From NCBI GenBank assembly GCA_036918135.1, contig JBALDB010000053.1, positions 1 to 64,000 of the forward strand: DNA of 64,000 nt. Reading direction: 5' to 3'. This DNA comes from Nostoc sp. (lineage in GTDB: Bacteria > Cyanobacteriota > Cyanobacteriia > Cyanobacteriales > Nostocaceae). Each line of letters opens with the position of its first letter. Position 1 is the stretch's first letter. This document shows, piece by piece, positions 8,832 to 18,426 of this stretch. The notes beneath the pieces were generated by a model. The model was not told where the DNA came from and made no database searches. It worked only from the letters and a program-made list of their open reading frames with translations. A program made the translations under genes and the position numbers.

Positions 8832-9824
8832 TTAAAAATACCGACGACGGGCGGTATGTCGCAAATAGCGATAAATGCTCCAAGCTAAAACTCCAAAAAA
8901 GAGATTTAGCAAAAAGCGAGTAAGTATAAACCACAGTATATCTAGGTCAAAAAATTTTGATGGATTCAAGGGACTAACAGCCCTAACTAACAAAAACAGC
9001 CCAAAAATAGCATTTCCACCCAACGCGAGGGCAAATAGCACTAAACTCCTATGCCAATAACGGTGTTGGGGTGTATAGCCAGAGATCAGGATAATAGGGG
9101 ATTTGCCTTGGACTTTTCGTAGTAATTGTTCCAGTCGCCAAAACATCCACAATAGAAATGGAAATAAACCATAACTCAAGAAACGTAGGGGTAGTGAGTA
9201 ACGCCAAGCACTAGATAGGACATTAACTAGTGCATGACAAATTACAGAATTTAGCCAAGCCTTAATAATAAATTTCTTGTCTGGATTTAACTTAGTCTTG
9301 GAAGAAATATAGATTCCCAAAGCATATCCCCAAGGTGCAGAGAACATAGCGTGAACTGGCGTACCGATAGTACGGTCAAGAATTGATGCTGTATCGTAGA
9401 AAAGGTAAATCCAGTTTTCTTCGGCAGTGAATCCAAGGGCAACAGCTATAGTGAAGAGGAAAACGCTAGAGTGAAGTAATCGATAAGAGCGTTGCAAATA
9501 GTAGGTTGGGACAACAACCGCAGCAAACTTGCAGCCTTCTTCAATTGGGCCAATTTCCACAAGCTGGCGCAAGGCTATACCAAAAAACACAGACATGCAG
9601 CGACTTGTGGTCAGACATCGCCTGTGCTGCCAGTCTCCAACCCAGTTGGCTACAATTTCAAAAATCCATTCCAGGCTAAGCGCTAAAATACCAAATATTG
9701 CCCCGATGATAAAGAACATCAGCAACCTGAACGCAGGTGGGGCAAATGGTACCCGAAAATAGTAGTAACATAGTAGCAGCAAGGGTGGTATTGCTGCCCA
9801 CAACAGTAGAAATAAATCAAGCAC
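8832..9824 (-). CDS. PrsW family intramembrane glutamic protease
   Basis: GPIEEGCK, GFTAEEN, HAMFS and CHALVN motifs; multiple TM helices. Confidence 0.92.
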   Translation of the reverse strand: MLDLFLLLWAAIPPLLLLCYYYFRVPFAPPAFRLLMFFIIGAIFGILALSLEWIFEIVANWVGDWQHRRCLTTSRCMSVFFGIALRQLVEIGPIEEGCKFAAVVVPTYYLQRSYRLLHSSVFLFTIAVALGFTAEENWIYLFYDTASILDRTIGTPVHAMFSAPWGYALGIYISSKTKLNPDKKFIIKAWLNSVICHALVNVLSSAWRYSLPLRFLSYGLFPFLLWMFWRLEQLLRKVQGKSPIILISGYTPQHRYWHRSLVLFALALGGNAIFGLFLLVRAVSPLNPSKFFDLDILWFILTRFLLNLFFGVLAWSIYRYLRHTARRRYF

Positions 9825-10737
9825 TCACCTGAGCAATAATTGTACGGTGACGGTGGCTATTATTAGTAATAGTGGGAGTTTGAAAACCCGCCTCAATAAT
9901 AGCTTGCTCAATGTCCAAAGCAAAATATTCATCTAAATACGGTTCAGTACTTTTGAGCAAAGTCAAAATATAGGCTGGCATTTTTTTGTACACTTCAGAT
10001 TTGGGATTCATGTCCATGATTGCCAAGTAGCCACCCGGACGCAGCACGCGCCGCATTTCAGCAAAAATCTGCCGGGTTGCGAATTGGGGTAATTCGTGGC
10101 ACATCAGGAAAATGGAAACTAAATCAAAAGAGGCATCAGGTAGCCCGGTAGATTCAGCTTGGGCATGAAGCCAATTAATTTTAGCTTGACGTTGCCCAGC
10201 GCGGTAATTGGCAACAGCTAAAAAGTAGGGAGATAAGTCCAAGCCTGTAATTTTGGCATGGGGATAAATTTCTTGCATGGCAAAGGTACTCAAACCCACA
10301 CCGCAGGCCAAATCTAAAATGTTTTGGGGTTGATTGGGAAGTTGCGCTTTGAGGATATCATGATAGCTTTGGCGGAGTTTAGCATCTCCTTGCGCTCCAG
10401 CATCTTGCCAAATTCCAGCATGGACAGTACGAGCAGCAACTTCTAGCTCCCAAGCAGCTTTCCAACTGAGGTCTCCACCTTCATAGGCGTGGAATGGCCG
10501 CAAGTAGTATTCTGGGTATGAAAGTTGAGGATTTTCTACTTGAGCTAGATCGGACTTCCAATCACGCGCCTGTAGTGTCTCGACTTCTTGCGTCCAAGGC
10601 ACACCAATTCTCTCGGCACGTTTAATCATCATTTGTCTAGCTTGATGTTTGGCTAGGTTGGCTAAAGGCTGGATTGCCAGTATGGCATTCACCAAGTGGG
10701 AAGCGAAGCCAAGATTAGTGTTTATAGCAGCGGTCAT
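9817..10737 (-). CDS. Class I SAM-dependent methyltransferase
   Basis: ILDLACGVG, GLDLSPY, FDLV, RVLRPGG. Confidence 0.92.
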   Translation of the reverse strand: MTAAINTNLGFASHLVNAILAIQPLANLAKHQARQMMIKRAERIGVPWTQEVETLQARDWKSDLAQVENPQLSYPEYYLRPFHAYEGGDLSWKAAWELEVAARTVHAGIWQDAGAQGDAKLRQSYHDILKAQLPNQPQNILDLACGVGLSTFAMQEIYPHAKITGLDLSPYFLAVANYRAGQRQAKINWLHAQAESTGLPDASFDLVSIFLMCHELPQFATRQIFAEMRRVLRPGGYLAIMDMNPKSEVYKKMPAYILTLLKSTEPYLDEYFALDIEQAIIEAGFQTPTITNNSHRHRTIIAQVSA

Positions 10738-10864
10738 AAATCAGTTTGCATTTAATAGCCTTTTCTACTTATGACATACTAGCTGGACGGCAGTCTAGAA
10801 ATGAATTGAATTGTATAACGGCAGTCTGCCTCCTTTGATTTGCCCCAAGCAACAAATACTATAG

Positions 10865-11266
10865 AAGGTTGACATCTGGCAAGAATTTGCCCTTAAAGGC
10901 AATGTAGTTGACTTGGCGATCGCTGTCATCATTGGTGGTGCTTTTGGCAAGATTGTTACTTCCTTTGTTCAAGATGCGATCGTGCCATTAATTAATCCCT
11001 TGGTTAGTTTAGCTGGCAAAGACTGGAGAACAATTATCATTGGTCCGGGAATCAAAATTGGTGAGTTTCTTGGAGCAATAGTTGACTTTGTAATCATTGC
11101 CTTAGTTTTATTTGTGGCAATTCGAGCCTTACAAAAATTCAAGAGACAAGAAGAAGTCGCCGATGAACCCTTGCCAGATCCTAACCTTGTAGCCCAAGAA
11201 AGATTGACTGGCGCGTTGGATAGACTCAACCAAACCTTGGAAACTCGGAATAATCAAGTTTTGTAA
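10865..11266 (+). CDS. mscL: Large-conductance mechanosensitive channel, apparently 5'-truncated (possible pseudogene)
   Basis: In-frame WQEFALKGNVVDLAIAVIIGGAFGKIVTSFV follows an in-frame TAG (10862-10864); no ATG/GTG/TTG before TTG 10913. Confidence 0.85.
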   Translation, partial: KVDIWQEFALKGNVVDLAIAVIIGGAFGKIVTSFVQDAIVPLINPLVSLAGKDWRTIIIGPGIKIGEFLGAIVDFVIIALVLFVAIRALQKFKRQEEVADEPLPDPNLVAQERLTGALDRLNQTLETRNNQVL

Positions 11267-11339
11267 GTGGGGAGTGGCGGATAAGGGAGCAGAGGAGCAC
11301 AGGAGAACAATCAATACCCAATGCCCCATGCCCAATGCC

Positions 11340-13010
11340 CTACTTTGCAGTAGGTTTGAGAGCTAACAACATCTCTAATTCACTGGTGGATTTATCGGGA
11401 CTGGTAGCGGTGATCCCAAAACCACGAATGGAACTCAGGATGGTATTCGCTTCAGAAGAAATGAAACTATTGACTAGGGGCAAGGTTTTAGTTTTGTCCA
11501 TATCTAGGTAGAAATAGCCACCGTTGGGCTTTTGCAAAGAACCAGTAACGGCTTTGAAGGCGTCGCTACTGTCCAGAGATGGAGTCTTGCGATCGGCGAT
11601 CGCCTCAGCAACTGGGCCACCAACAGCTACAAATACAGTGTCTCGATCTAACCAACCATGTGCCAATAAAGCTCCTTGGCGGGGGATTTGCCACTCAGTT
11701 ACGTCTTTACCACCGATATTTCTGTTAGTGATATTAATTTGTTGGGTTTTGGCGAGGGTATCTAATTTTGTAAAGGTGGCTTCAGCAGTTTTGCGATCGC
11801 TGGTGTCAAATACTAAAGCACCTCCAAAACCAACACTCGCTAACACTCCTTGATTTGAGGGAATAGCACCTAAGGCAAATTCTCCGTTCATCCAGCCAAA
11901 AATATCCTTATCCAAATCAATATTGACAAATTTCAATTGTCCGCGCACTTGTTCGAGAGCTTGCTTCAATTCTGGAGAATCTTTTGATTGTTCTACTACC
12001 GTTTCCCAACCACGACTGATGCCATTTCCGCTAACCAGAGCAAAGGTATCAGTGGGAAATTGCCCAACTATATTTCCAGGAGTTGATTGATACTGATATT
12101 TGATCAGTTGCGGATCTAAATTGGCGATCGCTTTGACTCGCACTCCCGCATCATCAACACCAACACCCGCTACCACAGATTTCACCTGCTTGAGTTGTGC
12201 CAGAGTTTGTGGAGGTAACTGGGTTGCTTGAGGATTTGTGGCTGCAAATTGCTGTACCAAGCCTGCATAGTCCGGTACATAAATTTGGGCAAGGCTGTTT
12301 TTGACATCCACTCCTTTAAGAATGCTGCTTGCACCTTCTTTATTAGCAAAGGATGACTGTCCTTTAAACGTATCAATTGCTTTTTCTACAGCTTGCTTTT
12401 TTGGAGCTAATACTAAATGACTATTATTTAAAACAACACTATACGTTGGTTTGCCATTTTCTGTAGTTTCAATAATTTTTTGACCTTGGTAGTCAGATTC
12501 CTGGAATTTAAGGTCTTTTTGTGACTTCAATTTATTAGCAAAATTCAAGGCACTGATTTTATCCTTGATTCCCACTACTACTAAGATATTTTGTTCTGGC
12601 TGTACATTTGTTGGTGGATTGGGTGCGCTAGGGGGCAAATTTAGCTGTACGGGTTTCACACGATCTGGTGGTAGCACAGCAATCATTACACCACCAGCCC
12701 AAGGCTTGATGTCTTTTTCATAAGAAACGTTACTGTCACTGAATATTTGCTTATTTAAATCTTCTAAACGTTTCGCCACTAACTTTTGTGCCTCTGGAGT
12801 CCCAAACTGTTGTAACTTTGCCCAAGCTTGAGAATCAGTAGTAATATAAGTTGCCATCAACGCTGTAGAAGGTACTACTTTCGCACTGCCTAGAGCATCT
12901 GTGCTACCTCCTGAGGAACCTTTTAAATATGTATAAGCGGCGATACTTCCTGCTACAACTACAGCAGCACCAACAGCAGGAATGAGAAACTTTGATTTAC
13001 TTTCAGGCAT
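11340..13010 (-). CDS. DUF3352 domain membrane-anchored protein
   Basis: N-terminal TM helix, YEKDIKPWAG and DIFGWMNGEFA repeats, NGGYFYLD. Confidence 0.8.
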   Translation of the reverse strand: MPESKSKFLIPAVGAAVVVAGSIAAYTYLKGSSGGSTDALGSAKVVPSTALMATYITTDSQAWAKLQQFGTPEAQKLVAKRLEDLNKQIFSDSNVSYEKDIKPWAGGVMIAVLPPDRVKPVQLNLPPSAPNPPTNVQPEQNILVVVGIKDKISALNFANKLKSQKDLKFQESDYQGQKIIETTENGKPTYSVVLNNSHLVLAPKKQAVEKAIDTFKGQSSFANKEGASSILKGVDVKNSLAQIYVPDYAGLVQQFAATNPQATQLPPQTLAQLKQVKSVVAGVGVDDAGVRVKAIANLDPQLIKYQYQSTPGNIVGQFPTDTFALVSGNGISRGWETVVEQSKDSPELKQALEQVRGQLKFVNIDLDKDIFGWMNGEFALGAIPSNQGVLASVGFGGALVFDTSDRKTAEATFTKLDTLAKTQQINITNRNIGGKDVTEWQIPRQGALLAHGWLDRDTVFVAVGGPVAEAIADRKTPSLDSSDAFKAVTGSLQKPNGGYFYLDMDKTKTLPLVNSFISSEANTILSSIRGFGITATSPDKSTSELEMLLALKPTAK

Positions 13011-13747
13011 TCTTATTATCCTCTTTTGCTCAGATTGTCACCGAGATTTATACAAGTGTCATTGTAGAGTTTTCGGATTTATTGATAATTTCCACTAATC
13101 CATTGCTACAGGAGTTTAAACTAACGCATGGCAAAACGACTCAGTAGGGCGATCGTTGAGAAGCTACACACCCGAAAATGTAAAAACTAAAAGGTCAATA
13201 TAATTCGTAATTGATAATTCATAATTCGTAATTTTTTGCCCTCGATTAAAGTCGGTGGCTTGAAAAAGGAATTATGTTTTTTATTTCCATCAATGAATTG
13301 AGTGGCTTATACCATCAATTACGAAAAACACATAGCTTACTTTTCACATCCAGGCTAGTATTACGAATTAGTAATTATTCAGTTAAGCTGACTTTGCTTA
13401 TTGTTGCTTGCATCTATAAGTAATATTTTTAAATTTAGGGATAGGATATTTTTTTCATTAATGTCTTAAGTGTCCTTGGATTTTTGTTAAAGCTCTAAAA
13501 ATCTCTAAAAGCTAAAATTAAATCAAAAAATATAGATAATTTTTCCAGATGGTAAGTAAATTTTTCTAGTATTTCATAAAATCTTCTGAGCCAGAACATA
13601 ATTAATGAAGAACTTATAGAAAATATAGAATTTGTAGGTAGCGAACCAAATTGGACAAGTTCTCTAAAAACGGCAACATTTTATAGCTAGACTGTACCCG
13701 ATTTAGTAGTATCTTTTAACTAGGTTGCACCTGGATTCAGCAGCATC

Positions 13748-13845
13748 TTAGGGAACTCTAAAAAATAAATTATCCCCTTTGAAGTTGATGACTGATGACT
13801 GTTGAGTGCGAACAGTGGGATATTTTTTTAATTATCAGTCCCTTA
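13748..13845. mobile_element. MITE-like element with imperfect terminal inverted repeats
   Basis: TTAGGGAACT..AAAAAATAAATTATCCC ... GGGATATTTTTTT..TT.TCAGTCCCTTA; related copies elsewhere in the window. Confidence 0.6.
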
Positions 13846-14547
13846 GAACTAGACTGCGCCAGCAATAACAGGTTAAAACTATACTGCTCTAAGGGAGCAA
13901 CTCTCTAATAGCGCGCTACTGCGAACAGAACCCTCTGCCCTGTTGTGCCTCCTCTCTCCTACTTTCTTCAATTTGAGTGACAAAAGGGTCTCTTGTGAGG
14001 AATCTGGCAATTGCTCCTCTCGTATTTTTGAACTGTAATTATAGTTTCCTGATATTCCCACACTTGTGCATTTAGTCTCAACTCCAATCGATATTTACTG
14101 ATAAAATTAGTAATCCTACAAATTAGCGGTCTAAAATTATTGTAAAAAATACTTCAACCAGATGAGGAGCGAATCCGCAAATAATATCCTGTTCATCTCA
14201 AACAAAATAGCCTGTTCGACACCAGCAAGCTATCCTAAGTTATAAGAATAATTAGGGGTATTTGTACTTAATGAAAATCTATCGAGGTGTAAGAGACTCT
14301 TGACTTGATGACAAAAAAGTGCAAAACATCAAGAAAAGTGAATGCGGAAGCGATATGGGCAAAACTCCATGGTTCGGTAGGCAGCCTGGGGAAATTCCGG
14401 TGAGATTAATTTCAATCTCCCGATTCCAAAAGCGAGTCCTCACCCCATATTGCCCTATTAATCTAGAAAAACATCAGATACCGCTATTTTGCTTAACAAC
14501 ATCCACCCAAGCCAGACTTTTCAGGATTACAAGGTCAGTAAGCATCA

Positions 14548-17190
14548 ATGTCGCAGTCTTATTTTGATACAGATAATAATGGACACAAACCTTTTGAGTT
14601 ACCGGGAGCAAGACCCCACTACAGCCCCGATCGCCCAGGGCAAGTAGAGCATATTTTTCTAGATCTGAGCTTAGATATTCCTGAGCAAAGCTGTCAGGGC
14701 ATTTGTAGTATTCGCCTGTTGCCAATTCGTAATGGTATTGACCGTTTGACTTTAGATGCTGTCAACCTGAATATTGAGTCTGTACAGGTAGACGAGGTGT
14801 CACAAAATTTTGACTATGATGGCGAACAGCTTTCGATTCAACTTTCTCAAGGCACTGAGATTGATAAACGCTTGCTGATTGCGATCGCCTACTCGGTGAC
14901 TAAACCACAACGCGGTATTTATTTCGTTCAACCAGACAAACATTACCCAAATAAACCCACTCAAGTCTGGACTCAAGGAGAAGACGAAGACTCTCGTTTT
15001 TGGTTCCCCTGCTTTGACTATCCAGGACAACTGTCTACTTCGGAAATTCGTGTTCGTGTCCCTAACCCTCTGGTGGCGATTTCTAACGGCGAACTGATAA
15101 ATACCACAGAAGATGGCGATCGCAAAATTTACCATTGGTCACAGCAACAAGTTCACCCTACTTACTTGATGACTCTAGCAGTAGGTGATTTTGCTGAAAT
15201 TCGCGACCACTGGAACGGCAAACCAGTCATCTACTACGTAGAAAAGGGACGGGAGGAAGATGCTAAACGCAGCATGGGTAAAACTCCTCGAATGATTGAA
15301 TTTTTGAGCCAAATGTATGGTTATCAATACCCTTTTCCGAAATACGCCCAAGTTTGCGTCGATGACTTTATCTTTGGGGGAATGGAAAACACTTCCACAA
15401 CTGTGTTGACAGATAAATGCTTGCTGGATGAACGGGCAGCTTTAGATAATCGCAATACCGAGGGTTTAGTCGTCCACGAACTCGCGCATCAGTGGTTTGG
15501 TGATTTGGTAGTGATTAAGCATTGGTCTCATGCTTGGATTAAGGAAGGGATGGCTTCTTACTCTGAGGTGATGTGGACAGAATATGAATATAGTCTCCAA
15601 GAAGCAGCTTATTATCGTTTATTAGAGGCTCGTCGTTACCTTAGTGAAGATCAAAGCCGCTACCGCAGACCGATGGTAACACATGTTTACCGGGAACCGA
15701 TTGAACTTTTCGATCGCCACATCTATGAAAAAGGATCTTGTGTCTATCACATGATTCGCGCCCAATTAGGAGATGAATTGTTTTGGCAGGCAATTCAAAC
15801 ATTTATCCAAGATAATGCCCACAAAACTGTAGAAACAGTAGACTTACTCAGAGCAATTGAAAAGTCTACTGGGCGTAATCTTTTGTTCCTCTTCGACCAG
15901 TACGTTTATCGTGGTGGTCATCCAGAATTTAACATAGCTTACTCTTGGGATGGGGATGCTAATTTAGCAAAAATTACAGTTACTCAAACCCAAGCGGCTG
16001 AAGGTAAAAACGGCACTAAGGATTTGTTTGATTTAAAAATTCCTATTGGTTTTGGCTATGTACAGCAGGAAAAAGCTAGAAGTGAGGAGTTAGGAAATAG
16101 AAGTAATGAAAAACTCATAACTCCCAACTCACAACTCAAAACTTTTGTGGTGCGCGTGAATGAACGCGAACAAAGTTTCTACTTTCCCCTAGAAAATAAG
16201 CCCCAATATATCAGCTTTGATGCTGGGAATAATTATCTAAAAACAGTATCTTTGGAGTATTCATTACCAGAGTTAAAAGCGCAGTTAGAATTCGACCCCG
16301 ACCCGATTTCTCGCATCTATGCAGCAGAAGCTTTGGCAAAAAAAGGTGGTTTAGAAGCAACCAAAGCATTGTCTGAAGCATTAAAAAATGACTCATTCTG
16401 GGGTGTGCGCGTGCAAGTCGCCAAACAACTAATGCAAATTAATTTAGACCAAGCATTTGATGGGTTAGTTGTGGGATTGAAAGATCAAAACGCTCACGTG
16501 CGACGTGCTGTAGTAGAAGCACTTGCTCAAATCAAAACTAATGAAAGCTATAAGGCTGTAAAAGAACTATTACAGTCGGGCGATCCTAGCTATTATGTAG
16601 AAGCCGCAGCTTGTCGGGCAGTGGGGGCGATTGGTTGTGCTAGCTTGCAAGAAAAACCCAAGGAAGACAAGGTATTAAAGCTGCTGAAATCTGTTTTAGA
16701 AGAAAAGGCGGGTTGGAATGAAGTGGTGCGGAGTGGTGCAGTTGGTGGTTTAGCTGAATTCAAAACTTCACAAGCAGCTTTAAATCTGCTGATGGAATAC
16801 ACTAACCTCGGTGTACCGCAACCTTTGCGTTTAGCTGCAATTCGCACTTTAGGACAAATTTCTGTTGGTCAAAGTCCGGTTAATTTGGAACGGATTTTAG
16901 ATAGATTAGCAGAATTAGCCAAAGAAACATTCTTTTTAGTGCAAGTGTCCGTAGCCACAGCATTAGGCCAAATGGAAACACCAAAAGCAACTGGAATTTT
17001 GCGATCGCTAGCTGAGCAAACATCTGATGGACGTGTGCGCCGCTATGCAGAAGAAGAAATTTCTAAAGTGCAAAAAAATATTGGTACTGAAAAAACATTG
17101 CGTCAGTTGCGTGAGGAATTTGACCAACTCAAACAACAAAATCAAGAATTGAGAAGCCGCTTAGAAAACTTGGAGGCTAAATCTAAGTAG
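14548..17190 (+). CDS. pepN: M1 family aminopeptidase with HEAT/PBS repeats and C-terminal coiled coil
   Basis: GGMEN, HELAHQWFG...KEG and YEKG motifs. Confidence 0.93.
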   Translation: MSQSYFDTDNNGHKPFELPGARPHYSPDRPGQVEHIFLDLSLDIPEQSCQGICSIRLLPIRNGIDRLTLDAVNLNIESVQVDEVSQNFDYDGEQLSIQLSQGTEIDKRLLIAIAYSVTKPQRGIYFVQPDKHYPNKPTQVWTQGEDEDSRFWFPCFDYPGQLSTSEIRVRVPNPLVAISNGELINTTEDGDRKIYHWSQQQVHPTYLMTLAVGDFAEIRDHWNGKPVIYYVEKGREEDAKRSMGKTPRMIEFLSQMYGYQYPFPKYAQVCVDDFIFGGMENTSTTVLTDKCLLDERAALDNRNTEGLVVHELAHQWFGDLVVIKHWSHAWIKEGMASYSEVMWTEYEYSLQEAAYYRLLEARRYLSEDQSRYRRPMVTHVYREPIELFDRHIYEKGSCVYHMIRAQLGDELFWQAIQTFIQDNAHKTVETVDLLRAIEKSTGRNLLFLFDQYVYRGGHPEFNIAYSWDGDANLAKITVTQTQAAEGKNGTKDLFDLKIPIGFGYVQQEKARSEELGNRSNEKLITPNSQLKTFVVRVNEREQSFYFPLENKPQYISFDAGNNYLKTVSLEYSLPELKAQLEFDPDPISRIYAAEALAKKGGLEATKALSEALKNDSFWGVRVQVAKQLMQINLDQAFDGLVVGLKDQNAHVRRAVVEALAQIKTNESYKAVKELLQSGDPSYYVEAAACRAVGAIGCASLQEKPKEDKVLKLLKSVLEEKAGWNEVVRSGAVGGLAEFKTSQAALNLLMEYTNLGVPQPLRLAAIRTLGQISVGQSPVNLERILDRLAELAKETFFLVQVSVATALGQMETPKATGILRSLAEQTSDGRVRRYAEEEISKVQKNIGTEKTLRQLREEFDQLKQQNQELRSRLENLEAKSK

Positions 17191-17218
17191 TAGTACATAA
17201 TAACAAAAAAGGTCTAAT

Positions 17219-17288
17219 TAGCAGTAGCTATTTGGTAATTATTAATGATTTTACAACAATTATTAATTCCCGAATAGCTAACAGCTAT
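17219..17288. terminator. Long imperfect palindrome downstream of pepN
   Basis: TAGCAGTAGCTATTTGGTAATTATTAAT ... ATTATTAATTCCCGAATAGCTAACAGCTA. Confidence 0.5.
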
Positions 17289-18426
17289 ACGAAATTAGAA
17301 GTTAATCAAAATGTTTATTAAATACGCACTTAGAGAATTTGCGGTGCGGCTTGTAGGAATAGTAGATGATAACTTTCAGCCTACTTCAAAGTGGCAACCA
17401 GTATAAATTGTAGGTAGGGAAATTAGTTTTTTGCCTTTATTTTTTTGAAAAATGATAATTAATGTCAAAAGTCAGATTCCTACCACACTCAAGTACACGG
17501 CTGCACTTTTAGGACGTTGTTTGTCCTCAGATTTTATGCATTTTCATCGTCTAGAACCAAGTTTGGTAGCCTGAAATTGGCAGGGAGAAAAAACGAACTG
17601 GCTCCTCATCTGAGCGCTGACTTTGAGGTGGAATTATTAGTAGGCGATCGCTGTAGTTCGTTTTATCATCCAGCTAGTGGGATTCCCCGTACAAAGGCGC
17701 GTCAGATTCTCAATTCTTCAGCGATCGTGCGATTAAAACCTTGTTGAGTTACATGAAGTATCTCAACAAGTACTTTGGGCTTGGACATTGATGTGTGCTG
17801 GTTATGCGATCGCAGTTTGGTTATCTTACTTTGATTGCTTATTGGCAGGTATGGGATATGTTGGTTGGGTAATGGCTGAGGCTGTCTGAATTTTGAAATA
17901 TCTACACGTATTACCGTAACTTTCAATTTGGGGGAGTGGGAAGTAGAAATTGAGAAATTATCCAACTGACAAGTAAATTGGTATCAGAATCTATAAAAAT
18001 TAAACTCTGAATTTACTTTGTTTCCTTAGAAATCATGCCAAACCAAGATAAATTATGACTAGCGAGCGAATTTTATGCAGTGATAGTACTGTTATTTTAT
18101 GTACTTTAAACTAAATATAATTACTGAGTTGCGAGTTCGTTCTCTAATTTTTATATATAGAATTATATAAAAATTAGTTAAGAAAAGATAAAATTATCAG
18201 AGAGCCGCACGAATAGTTGTAGTTTTATAAAGTATAATTAAGAAAAAGATAAACAAATCTAAGCAGTAACACAGGCTAAATTTGCCTCGAACGATATCCC
18301 AAAAGGCTAAAGTTCTAATTGTTTTAGATCGAAGACTACCGCTATCCTGTACGTGCAAGTAACTTGTGGGTCGGGAGAAAAAGCAACAAAAGTGTAAATT
18401 TCCGAGTTGAAGAGGCAAATAAAGGC

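Noticed and set aside
13879..14061. 60-aa minus-strand ORF
   Set aside because: No recognisable motif and a weak start; cannot be supported.
14365..14410. Cobalamin riboswitch
   Set aside because: Only a loose 5' resemblance; the core GCAACTG and B12-box elements are absent and the downstream gene is unrelated.
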